Positions 9,477-17,818 of a DNA stretch of 57,245 nucleotides are shown piece by piece. Numbering within the stretch: position 1 is the first letter of the stretch; each line of letters starts with the position of its first letter. The stretch covers positions 1 to 57,245 of the IMG/VR virus record IMGVR_UViG_3300010376_000010. One strand, written 5' to 3'. Made by a program: the position numbers and the translations under genes. This DNA comes from a virus. Lineage: Duplodnaviria; Caudoviricetes. The notes below the pieces were generated by a model. It did not search any database, was not told where the DNA came from, and saw only the letters and a program-made list of their open reading frames with translations.

Positions 9477-10005
9477 CCATCGCTTCCTGATACGCCCGGT
9501 TGTATTCCTCAAAGTCGATGTTCAGGTTCGCTGCCTTGTTCGCACTCGGCCTGCGGCGGCTGATCTCGATCTGCGTCTTGTCTCCGTATCCCCGGTCCCG
9601 CATCTGCGTCTTCGCGTAGAGCTGGATCGCCCACGCTTCTCCCCGGTTGATCGCTTCGAATAACCTCAGCTCGCAGAGATCCCCCGTCGTCTGCCGCGCT
9701 TCCCGGTAGGCCCGGTCACAGATCTCGAACCGTGCGATGTAGTCCCGCACCGTCTTCGGGTCTACCCCCAGCGTTCTCGCCGCGTACGTGATCAATCCCT
9801 TGCAGTCCGTCAATGCCTTCGCTACCGCTGCTCCCGTCGTCACCCGGCTCCGTCGGGTTCGCTTCACCGGCACCTGAGATTCTTCGCTCACTGCATCGGC
9901 CGGATGCCCCGGCAACGGAAGATCCTTCGTACGACTATCGTGCGCAGGCCGTCTGTTCACGGTTGCCCTACGCGTCCGCGTCGGCTTCTTCGTCTCGTCA
10001 GCCAC
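9445..10005 (-). CDS. terS: Terminase small subunit (HTH)
   Basis: GTG 10005 with AGAAAGGA RBS; HTH GLITYAARTLGVDPKTV; AIQLYAKTQMRDRGY motif; directly upstream of terL. Confidence 0.8.
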   Translation of the reverse strand: MADETKKPTRTRRATVNRRPAHDSRTKDLPLPGHPADAVSEESQVPVKRTRRSRVTTGAAVAKALTDCKGLITYAARTLGVDPKTVRDYIARFEICDRAYREARQTTGDLCELRLFEAINRGEAWAIQLYAKTQMRDRGYGDKTQIEISRRRPSANKAANLNIDFEEYNRAYQEAMDVVRNAPDEA

Positions 10006-10404
10006 CTGACTGTCCTTTCTCGTCGGCGATACGTCACTGCCCCGGCCGGAAACGATGGCGGGGGGCACCAAAAGAGGCGGCAGGGGGAGGCGTACGTACG
10101 CGTACGGCCATGCGAACGGCGCGCGCTCCCAGGCGCGTTCCGCCAACGTGATTGCGAACGAACGTGCGACCAAACGCAGCGCATTGCACACATGCGTACG
10201 AACCGTTCGGCACCGCATCACACGGATGCATCGTCGGCCATGCTCCCATGCACACAAGGGACAGCCAGACGTGCTATGGATAGCGCGGTATTGCGGATAG
10301 CGATACAGACGGCCGTCACAAAACGCGATTCCGTAACGTTCGCACAAGCGTATGCGATGTACGCGTACAAGTGAGTCGGCAATGCGGTAAGGGAGCAAAG
10401 CCAG

Positions 10405-10671
10405 ATGGTACACGCAAGGTTTCGGGCAATCATGATCGCTGGCGTACTGGCGCTGGCCGTCATAACAACAGGGAGCGTCGCGGCAGATACGCCAGCGCCG
10501 TGCACAGACTGCTACATCGCAGTCGCGACAACGGTCGCTGGCAACGCGTACAGCGCATGGCGCGCGGCCAGTGAGCCAGACGCGGATAACGCAGCGATTG
10601 ATGCGGCGCTGGCAATGGTGCCAGACAGCGACGTATGCGACACCAGTGTGACGGTTCGGTATCAGTCATGA
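10405..10671 (+). CDS. Small secreted/membrane hypothetical protein
   Basis: RBS AAGGGAG; N-terminal signal-like hydrophobic segment. Confidence 0.6.
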   Translation: MVHARFRAIMIAGVLALAVITTGSVAADTPAPCTDCYIAVATTVAGNAYSAWRAASEPDADNAAIDAALAMVPDSDVCDTSVTVRYQS

Positions 10672-10724
10672 ATGCGGCCAGCATGAGCGGCCGCGCTTTT
10701 ATTGGACAGACAGGAGCAACAGCA

Positions 10725-11417
10725 GTGAGCACAACAGCACAGACAACAGCGAACGGTTCGGCCATGCCAGCGCGGTATCGCATCAACTGGTACGGCGTAC
10801 GCGGCCAGCGCGCGGCGCTTGTGCGTAGCGCGATGCTTGGGTGCATTGTGAGCGTCGCGGCGCTGCGATTGATGGTATTGCGGGCAGGAGTGTTTGCCTG
10901 TCTGTCCGTGCACAACACGGTAGTGAATCAGGAGCGCCAGTACATCCGCTGGCTGTATGGCCTGCCCATCACTGGCCTGCCGAACCACGTTGCGGCCGCT
11001 CGCAGTGTTGGCGCGTTCATCGCGGCCGATTGGTCGCTGGCGCTCATGAACGATGGAACGGGAGCGACGTTCGTCAATGCGGCCATGGCAATTCGCGGCT
11101 TAGGGCCAGCAAAAGCGAGGTTCATGGGAGCGCTTTTGGGGTTTTCGGAATGCCCGTGCATTGACGTGCATATGGCGCGGATGTACGGCATTCCGCGCCA
11201 GTACGCGACGCTCAAAGCGTATCGCGCCGCAGTCGCGCAAACGCCGCTGGCGCATACGCTTGACCAGTGGGACGCCTATCAGATTGTCCCCGCGTTTGCG
11301 AACGGCCAGCATGATGTCTATTTCAAGAGCGTACTGGCCGTTGGAACGGCGAAAACGGATGCGGCATTGCTGGCCGCGCAACTGGCAAGCGCGATGCGGC
11401 CAGCGGGCAGTAAGTAA
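10725..11417 (+). CDS. HhH-superfamily DNA glycosylase-like protein
   Basis: GTG 10725 after AGGAG; IRGLGPAKARF...LG...CIDVHMAR resembles HhH hairpin plus catalytic Lys and Asp of OGG/Nth-type glycosylases. Confidence 0.6.
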   Translation: MSTTAQTTANGSAMPARYRINWYGVRGQRAALVRSAMLGCIVSVAALRLMVLRAGVFACLSVHNTVVNQERQYIRWLYGLPITGLPNHVAAARSVGAFIAADWSLALMNDGTGATFVNAAMAIRGLGPAKARFMGALLGFSECPCIDVHMARMYGIPRQYATLKAYRAAVAQTPLAHTLDQWDAYQIVPAFANGQHDVYFKSVLAVGTAKTDAALLAAQLASAMRPAGSK

Positions 11418-11491
11418 CGATCGTTCATGGGGAGCGGCGCGCGTCGCTCCCCTCACGTACGCGCGCGATGCGCGGGAAGGATAGGACAATC

Positions 11492-11701
11492 ATGGCTCGC
11501 AAGGATTCACAGAACGTCGCAATGCCGTCAAGTTATGACGCTGGCCGTGTTGGCAACAGCACGCGAGCGTATGTCCCGTTCGTCTGGCAGGTGCCAGCGC
11601 GTTTGACGGTTCGGGAGCGGATTGCACGGTTTTTCACAGAGTCGCGCCAGACGCGGTATGAGCGCCAGACGCTTGACCGCATTTATGGGAAGGTTCGGTA
11701 A
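11492..11701 (+). CDS. Hypothetical protein
   Basis: ATG 11492 after AGGA RBS; 69 aa. Confidence 0.6.
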   Translation: MARKDSQNVAMPSSYDAGRVGNSTRAYVPFVWQVPARLTVRERIARFFTESRQTRYERQTLDRIYGKVR

Positions 11702-11706
11702 CGGTA

Positions 11707-12441
11707 GTGAGCACATTTACGATGAATCCCGCGCGATGGGACGTGCTGGCACAAGAGCTGCTGGCGCGCGTCGCGATTGCGCAACAGTCAATGATGAGCA
11801 TCATGGCGGAAGGTATCGCGATTGAACGCGCCGCGACTGCCCACGCGGAATACCAGGAGCACATTGCGGCCGCATTGCAGCAGGGGGTATCGCTCCCGCG
11901 CGTATTGGGACGGACGCCGTTCGTCCTATGGGACGATGTCCTATCGGCCATGCGCGCGTACAGCGCCGTTGGATGCGCGGCCAGCACGTACGCGTGGGTA
12001 GCACAGTGTGACGGCCAGCTCATCTATGCCAGCAATGACTATCGCGCCGTCAATGATGTGTGCGCGTTCGTGAGCGGACATCATGCGTGGCAGGGCAAGC
12101 GTTTCTATATCTACGATGAGCTGGCACAAGTACCGCTCTTGCGCGCCACATTTGATAACGGCCAGCGCCAGGAGCATGCAATCCCCGCGTGGATTCTTGA
12201 CCGTTTGGATGCGGACGCGATGCCCGCTGCAATACCAGGAGACGATGCGATGTCACGCGACGCCAAAGCATTCCGTTTGACGGCCGATTGTGTTGCCATC
12301 CTGTCCGCAGTCGCGAATACGGAAGGTGTGAGCCAGACGGCCGTAGTGGAGCAATCGGTACGCGAGTACGCGCGTCGCAAGGGGTATGACGTTCGCAAGA
12401 TTACGATTGATGCGCGCCGCGACACGGAAGGGAAGAACTAG
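11707..12441 (+). CDS. Hypothetical protein with C-terminal ribbon-helix-helix-like domain
   Basis: C-terminus KAFRLTADCVAILSAVANTEGVSQTAVVEQSVREYA; possible in-frame internal start at 12250. Confidence 0.65.
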   Translation: MSTFTMNPARWDVLAQELLARVAIAQQSMMSIMAEGIAIERAATAHAEYQEHIAAALQQGVSLPRVLGRTPFVLWDDVLSAMRAYSAVGCAASTYAWVAQCDGQLIYASNDYRAVNDVCAFVSGHHAWQGKRFYIYDELAQVPLLRATFDNGQRQEHAIPAWILDRLDADAMPAAIPGDDAMSRDAKAFRLTADCVAILSAVANTEGVSQTAVVEQSVREYARRKGYDVRKITIDARRDTEGKN

Positions 12442-12442
12442 C

Positions 12443-12721
12443 ATGGATGGATTGGATATGGTTTGCGAACCGGGCGAATCGCTTGTGACTCACCTGTCCG
12501 GATTTACGCTCCCGTTCGAACGGCGCGCGCTTGACTATCTGTTTACGTTCGCAGCGTCGCACGATTGGGACGATAGCACGATTGATGAGTGTCTCCGCAT
12601 CGCGCGCGGGCAGGCAAATGACAACGATCACGCGGTAACGTTCGGGATGGTTGTCTATGGCGCTGGCAGTGTGCTGGCAATCGAATCGCGGTTCGCTCCC
12701 GATTCGGAATACGCCTGGTAA
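12443..12721 (+). CDS. Acidic hypothetical protein
   Basis: ATG 12443 directly after the previous stop; GGAAG RBS. Confidence 0.65.
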   Translation: MDGLDMVCEPGESLVTHLSGFTLPFERRALDYLFTFAASHDWDDSTIDECLRIARGQANDNDHAVTFGMVVYGAGSVLAIESRFAPDSEYAW

Positions 12722-12750
12722 CCGCCAGCACAATCGAATAGCGCACAGAG

Positions 12751-12777
12751 ACGGCCGCAATGCGCGGCCGTTTTTCT
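12751..12777 (+). terminator. Rho-independent terminator
   Basis: ACGGCCGC-aatgc-GCGGCCGT followed by T-tract. Confidence 0.85.
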
Positions 12778-12850
12778 ATGCCCGTTTTTGCCAGCGTTTT
12801 CGTGCCAGCATCGCGCATCCCGCGCGCGCGTATGGAACGGCCATTCGCTC

Positions 12851-12872
12851 ACGATGCCCGTACGCGCATCGT
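12851..12872. repeat. 22-bp self-complementary direct repeat, copy 1
   Basis: ACGATGCCCGTACGCGCATCGT, identical at 13287-13308. Confidence 0.9.
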
Positions 12873-12931
12873 ACGCCACGCTACGCGGTTTTACGGTATG
12901 CGGACGTGTCCCGACATGCGATGATGCCCGG

Positions 12932-13204
12932 ATGAATAAGACGACAACAGAACACTATCGCGCGTATCTACGTTCCGAACGCTGGAAACAGAAGTGCGAA
13001 CGCGTCAGGAGACGTGACAAGTACCGGTGCGCATTGTGCGGCCAGACGCATCATCTCACGGTGCATCACAACACGTATGAGCGTCTGTATCACGAACCGC
13101 GCGCGGATTTGATCACGTTGTGTGACGACTGCCACGCGCTATTCCACAAGCGATTGTGCCTGCATTCCGTCTCACTTACGGATGTGCTCACAGACGCACG
13201 GTAG
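12932..13204 (+). CDS. HNH endonuclease
   Basis: YLRSERW, RDKYRCALCG, VHHNTY, LITLCDDCH motifs. Confidence 0.9.
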   Translation: MNKTTTEHYRAYLRSERWKQKCERVRRRDKYRCALCGQTHHLTVHHNTYERLYHEPRADLITLCDDCHALFHKRLCLHSVSLTDVLTDAR

Positions 13205-13286
13205 CGTGGTTTCACCTGCCAGCACGCCAGCGGCCAGCACGGCCGTGTTTGTGCGTCTGTCCGCGCGCGTAAGCGGCGATATCGCT

Positions 13287-13308
13287 ACGATGCCCGTACG
13301 CGCATCGT
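13287..13308. repeat. 22-bp self-complementary direct repeat, copy 2
   Basis: Identical to 12851-12872. Confidence 0.9.
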
Positions 13309-13816
13309 GAGCCGCGTAGCGACGCGTTTTTCTCTCACAGGTCATCTCATATGGGTAACGTCGCAAACGCGCCGTACGATCGATCGTAGCGCGTTTTCGG
13401 AAAATCTATGCAAATCTCACGCTCCCGTACGGGAGCAATTTTCGTATCGCATCGTGCAATACATCGGCCGTCTGTTTCCCCTTAATCGGCCAGTGTCCGC
13501 GCGCTGGCTCACTGCCGATTCGCTCCCGATCGGACGCTTGACGCTGGCCGCGCCAGTACGAAAATGCGAACGGATGTACGGCATTTCCGGGCAGGAGTCG
13601 CACGGTGTACGGACAGGAGAACGATGGTTACCGACGGACGGGCAGGGCACCAGACGGATGTCACTTCCCTTCGGTTACCGACTTCCATCCAGTGAGTAAG
13701 AACGACCACTTTCCCGCATTACCACAACCGTGGAGATCCGAAATTTTTCAGGCGCGCATTACCGCATTCCCCGCGTTCCGAAAATTTTTCGATCGAGGCA
13801 TGCTTTTTTCGCATTT

Positions 13817-14320
13817 TCACGCGGAATGCCACCGGTAGCCACATTGCGGACATTCGTGATCCGTGCCGCCGGTCGTGATAATCCCGGCGTCGTCGTCGGG
13901 AACGGGCGCGCGCTCCGACATTCCCGGCACGATCGTCATCCACAGCTCCGACAATGCCGGGGAATCCGTCTCCACCATGCCATTCAGTTCCGCCAGTGCC
14001 GAGGCGTCCGCGATCGCGAGCGCCGCGAGCGGGTCAAGGGTCATCAGCGCCTTGTGCTCTTCGTCAGCATCCAGTTCGACATGCAGCACCGGCACCGTCA
14101 GCTCGTGCATCTCCAGTGCATCCTCCACCCGCAGGTGTCCATCGATGATGTTTCCCGTCACATCGTTGACGATCACGACATCGATCCAGCCCAGTTCCGC
14201 CAGCGATGCACGCAGCGCGTCACGCTGTAGCTCCGGGTGCACGCGATAGTTGTACGGGTTCGGTGTCAGGCTCGCCGGGTCATCATGCGACAGCCCGACA
14301 ATCCGCGATGCGATCGCCAT
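13817..14320 (-). CDS. ParB/Srx-fold protein with C-terminal CPQCG zinc knuckle
   Basis: LTPNPYNYRVH, SLAELGW, IIDGHLR motifs; AGGAG RBS. Confidence 0.85.
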   Translation of the reverse strand: MAIASRIVGLSHDDPASLTPNPYNYRVHPELQRDALRASLAELGWIDVVIVNDVTGNIIDGHLRVEDALEMHELTVPVLHVELDADEEHKALMTLDPLAALAIADASALAELNGMVETDSPALSELWMTIVPGMSERAPVPDDDAGIITTGGTDHECPQCGYRWHSA

Positions 14321-14381
14321 CGTTCTGCTCCTGGGGCGAAAAGTGGGATAGTAGCAATGTACAAGCAACTCGAACAGAATG

Positions 14382-14837
14382 TCAATCCCATTCGGCATCC
14401 CCGTTTATCCGCGCCAGTAAGGCCGCGTGGCCGTCGCGCGGGGGGATTGACAGATGAGACTTCAGATGATGGCGCGCGCGGGTCAGATAGGTGCGCACCG
14501 TCGCCGTCGTGTAGCCGTAATACTCCGCGCAATCCTCCACCGTCATCGGCTCGCAGAAGCGCTCCGTCGCGATCGGGTGGCCGTCGATCACCAGCATGTC
14601 GTCCAGATAGCCCACCTCGATCGCGAGGAAGCATTTGCGCTCGTGCCGGTTCATCGTCACGATCGCGATTCGTAAGGGCATTTCATCGATTCCGAGGAGA
14701 AAATCAGAATGGAGGGCCACCGTCACAACATGCCCCCTCCCATCTCTCTGAGCAACCATCAGGGCAAAGGGATCCCGCTCAAACAGCGCCATCACGCGTT
14801 TCCGGTAACCGCGTTCCAGCCGTCTGCCTGTGTTCAT
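14382..14837 (-). CDS. Putative late transcription regulator (C-terminal sigma-4-like HTH)
   Basis: MTVEDCAEYYGYTTATVRTYLTRA HTH; near the end of the replication operon. Confidence 0.6.
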   Translation of the reverse strand: MNTGRRLERGYRKRVMALFERDPFALMVAQRDGRGHVVTVALHSDFLLGIDEMPLRIAIVTMNRHERKCFLAIEVGYLDDMLVIDGHPIATERFCEPMTVEDCAEYYGYTTATVRTYLTRARHHLKSHLSIPPRDGHAALLARINGDAEWD

Positions 14838-15079
14838 ACGAGCCTCCCCGCGACGCGGTCAACCGGGCGCTTCCAGAGCAGTTTGATCGGCAGGCACGGC
14901 ACGAGGCAGATGTAGACCTCGCGCCACGTCGTCTCGTGGTAGCGGTTATCGATCCCCAGCGCGCGATAGATCGTGTCGGTCCAGTACACGCCCACCCACA
15001 GGTCGCGCGGTTCGAACAGCAGCCCGATCGACATGTCGTCGCGCCAGAATGCCGCGAACGTGAACAGGTTCCACATCAC
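14834..15079 (-). CDS. Small hypothetical protein (FEPRDLWVGVYW)
   Basis: Coupled start/stop with neighbours; GGAGG RBS. Confidence 0.6.
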   Translation of the reverse strand: MMWNLFTFAAFWRDDMSIGLLFEPRDLWVGVYWTDTIYRALGIDNRYHETTWREVYICLVPCLPIKLLWKRPVDRVAGRLV

Positions 15080-15465
15080 GGTTTGCCCTCCAGTATCTGC
15101 ACGAACAGCGGTTCGTCCTCGGGATGCATCAGATACCACTCGACGCCTGCGGCCATCAGCGTGTTGCGCCAGCGGCGCTGACTCGGCGTCAACCTGCCCT
15201 TGCCCGTCTTCGCTTCCACGTGCATCGTCCGCTTCTGGCCCGTGTGCACGAGGAAGAGATCGGGAAAGCCTGCCGGTGAGTGCCGCGAATCCCACCAGCA
15301 CGCCACCAGCCAGCCGCGCGCTTCCGCCAGTTGCCGCATCTGCCACAGCCACGCATCGTGCGCTTTGCGGATATGTACCCCCTCCTTTTCCGGCGCTGGC
15401 GTCCACTCCTGCGGAGGTGCAAACCGGCGCGGGACGGCACCACGCGGGTAGTGAATGTCATTCAC
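15076..15465 (-). CDS. VRR-NUC (PD-(D/E)XK) nuclease / Holliday junction resolvase-like
   Basis: GFPDL...VEAKTGKGRLTPSQRRW. Confidence 0.9.
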   Translation of the reverse strand: MNDIHYPRGAVPRRFAPPQEWTPAPEKEGVHIRKAHDAWLWQMRQLAEARGWLVACWWDSRHSPAGFPDLFLVHTGQKRTMHVEAKTGKGRLTPSQRRWRNTLMAAGVEWYLMHPEDEPLFVQILEGKP

Positions 15466-15847
15466 TGCCGTACCGCACGATTTTCATGCCGCGCTTGCGC
15501 ATCTCGGCATCAAGCGACGCGTAGAAGCGCCGCCAGCTCTCTTCCTGACTGATGATTTCGCCCGTCTCGGGCCACCGCACCGGCACGAGCGCGATCGCGC
15601 CGAGGAGCGCGCGCCGCATCTGCTGGTCGTTGTCGTGCCGCACGATCGTGATCGCACAGCCCATCTTGCGGCAGTGCTCCTCGATCGACTCCGCGAGCTG
15701 GTCCCACGTCACATCGGGAGACGCCACGATCCCGACCTGATGGGCGCGGGTGAGGATGCGCCAGCGCGGGATGTCCCACGCTGGCTCGTTGCTATTCGTC
15801 GCCATCGTCATCGTCATCCGTGGGGACGAGGGGTGGCTGTATGCCAC
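15458..15847 (-). CDS. Hypothetical protein (start uncertain)
   Basis: In operon, overlapping neighbours. Confidence 0.55.
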   Translation of the reverse strand: MAYSHPSSPRMTMTMATNSNEPAWDIPRWRILTRAHQVGIVASPDVTWDQLAESIEEHCRKMGCAITIVRHDNDQQMRRALLGAIALVPVRWPETGEIISQEESWRRFYASLDAEMRKRGMKIVRYGSE

Positions 15848-16190
15848 CCCGCATCACGCGGCCACCCGGATAGCAGATCGTCGAGGCGAAGACTTCCCGA
15901 TCACGATGCTGAGTCGGCGTCTTCGACTTGCGCGTTCGGCCGGTCTTCAGGAGCGTCCCGTCCTTCTGCGCGCTCTGCATGAAGGCTCCCAGTGCCATCA
16001 GGTTGAACGGCGCGCCGTTCGGGAAGTACGTCCTGATCTCATCGCGGACATCGTCCGAGGTGAGATAGGGCAGACGCACCGCCGTGTCATGAATGACGCA
16101 CTTGATGAACGGGTGCCACGCCTTCGCACCCTGCGACGATCGGGCAATGCCCAGCAGCGCCGCCTTCCGCGTCGCTTCGTACGGGTTCAT
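15792..16190 (-). CDS. Hypothetical protein
   Basis: In operon; TSDDVR...ALGAF...TGRT pattern suggests a winged helix. Confidence 0.6.
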   Translation of the reverse strand: MNPYEATRKAALLGIARSSQGAKAWHPFIKCVIHDTAVRLPYLTSDDVRDEIRTYFPNGAPFNLMALGAFMQSAQKDGTLLKTGRTRKSKTPTQHRDREVFASTICYPGGRVMRGGIQPPLVPTDDDDDGDE

Positions 16191-16717
16191 GCCTGCGGCC
16201 CCGCGATCTTGTCCAGCAGCCGCTTCATCTGCTGCACCTTCAACTGGAAGTCGGCGATTGCCCGAGGATCGGCTGCGGGAATCGCTGGGAGACGCGTGAG
16301 CCGGTTCTCCATTTCTGCCAGTGCCGTCTCATTGACGCAGATCGCCAGCAGCGGATCGGCGTTGATCTCATCCTCGGTCCAGGCGACGTATTCCCACGTA
16401 TCCGGTACGATCACGCCGTCTGACGCGATCTCCTGTGCGCCATTCTGCTGGTTGTGCTGGCGTCCACTGTTGTAGGCACGCGCGTTGTATTTCCCCGGCC
16501 GTCCCTTGATCTCGCTGATCAGATCCGAGAGATGCGCCCGGATACATGCCATCGGATCGTAGGCCATCATGTGCAAGCCGATTACCTGCGCATCCTGGGC
16601 GATCTGATAGCCCTTGATGTGCTGCTTCAGCTTGTCATCGATCAGACCGTTGAGTAGCTCACGCATCTGTCGCTGATACGGCCCCGGATCATGGCGGTCA
16701 TAGCGTCTACGCGTCAT
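16187..16717 (-). CDS. Hypothetical protein
   Basis: GGAGG RBS, ATGA overlap. Confidence 0.65.
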   Translation of the reverse strand: MTRRRYDRHDPGPYQRQMRELLNGLIDDKLKQHIKGYQIAQDAQVIGLHMMAYDPMACIRAHLSDLISEIKGRPGKYNARAYNSGRQHNQQNGAQEIASDGVIVPDTWEYVAWTEDEINADPLLAICVNETALAEMENRLTRLPAIPAADPRAIADFQLKVQQMKRLLDKIAGPQA

Positions 16718-17814
16718 GATGGCAACCTCCTCACGTTATCGGGTTCTTCCGCTTCCGTCTCCAGGCAGGCGAGATAGCGCGTCACCCAACTGATGATCAC
16801 GCGTGCCGCGTCAATGTGTTGCCGGACGAACATGTGGAGCATCGGATCGTCTTTGATGGCGTTCGCGTACTCCACCGGATTGACGAGCGAGACGCCGTCC
16901 GCATGTGAGAGCCATTTGTGAATGCGATCGTTCGCTTTGAACGAGAGCGCGCGCTGCTGTTGTGCCAATGCGCCCTCCAGACTCTGTGCGTGCGCCGTCA
17001 GGGTTTCGATCGAGGCGTCCTGCTCTTCGATGTGCCGTGTCAGCTTCGCGATCTCGCGCGCCTTTTCGCGCTGAATGTCTTCAAGCCGCTCCTCGATCTC
17101 GACGATACGCGCATCCTCAATCGGCCCTGCATCGAGCTGCTGCTTCAGCATGTCGCGCTCGATCGTCAGGCGCTCGACTTCCGCCGCATGCTCCTCAACC
17201 TGCTTTCGATGGTCCCGCACCGCAGCCACCGTCAACGCGCCGAGCTGATCCCGCACGACATCGATGAGCGCTTCCTGGTCTTCCGCCGGGAGTTGCGCCA
17301 GGTGATAGGCCATCATGTGCGGAAGCTGTTTCTCGTCGTACATCGCCATGAACGCTGGCACGAGGTCGGCGATCCGCTTGAGTTGGTAGATGTGTCCCGG
17401 CGTGTATCCCTCCTGATCTGCGAACTGTCTGACGATCAGACGGTTGCCGTGGGCACCTTCCCTGAACTCCTGCAAATCCCACCAGCGGCGGATCGTCCGG
17501 ACATACTGTGCGGGACTCAGCACCCGTCGCCGTAACTGCTCCTCGATCCTCAGAGCGTCGATCGCCTTCTCGTCCGAATCCAGCACGGATTCGATGACGA
17601 CGTTGACGATCTTCACGCCCGCTTTCTTCAGTGCCCGATAGCGCTGGTGACCGCAGATGATCAGACCGGTCGGCGTGACCATGATCGGGCTGATCTGACC
17701 GACATCCCTGATCGAATCGACCAGCGCGTCGAAATCCTCGCGTTCGAGATCGTCGAACAGCTCCTTGTTGCGGGGATCCGGCCGGATCCTGGTCAGTTTC
17801 CACTCTTCCATCAT
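16714..17814 (-). CDS. ParB/Spo0J-like protein with coiled coil
   Basis: LVDSIRDVGQISPIMV, IICGHQRYRA motifs, HTH, coiled coil. Confidence 0.85.
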   Translation of the reverse strand: MMEEWKLTRIRPDPRNKELFDDLEREDFDALVDSIRDVGQISPIMVTPTGLIICGHQRYRALKKAGVKIVNVVIESVLDSDEKAIDALRIEEQLRRRVLSPAQYVRTIRRWWDLQEFREGAHGNRLIVRQFADQEGYTPGHIYQLKRIADLVPAFMAMYDEKQLPHMMAYHLAQLPAEDQEALIDVVRDQLGALTVAAVRDHRKQVEEHAAEVERLTIERDMLKQQLDAGPIEDARIVEIEERLEDIQREKAREIAKLTRHIEEQDASIETLTAHAQSLEGALAQQQRALSFKANDRIHKWLSHADGVSLVNPVEYANAIKDDPMLHMFVRQHIDAARVIISWVTRYLACLETEAEEPDNVRRLPS

Positions 17815-17818
17815 TCGC

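Noticed and set aside
9445-10413. 322-aa version of terS from the ORF track
   Set aside because: The upstream 136 codons look non-coding; a strong RBS supports GTG 10005
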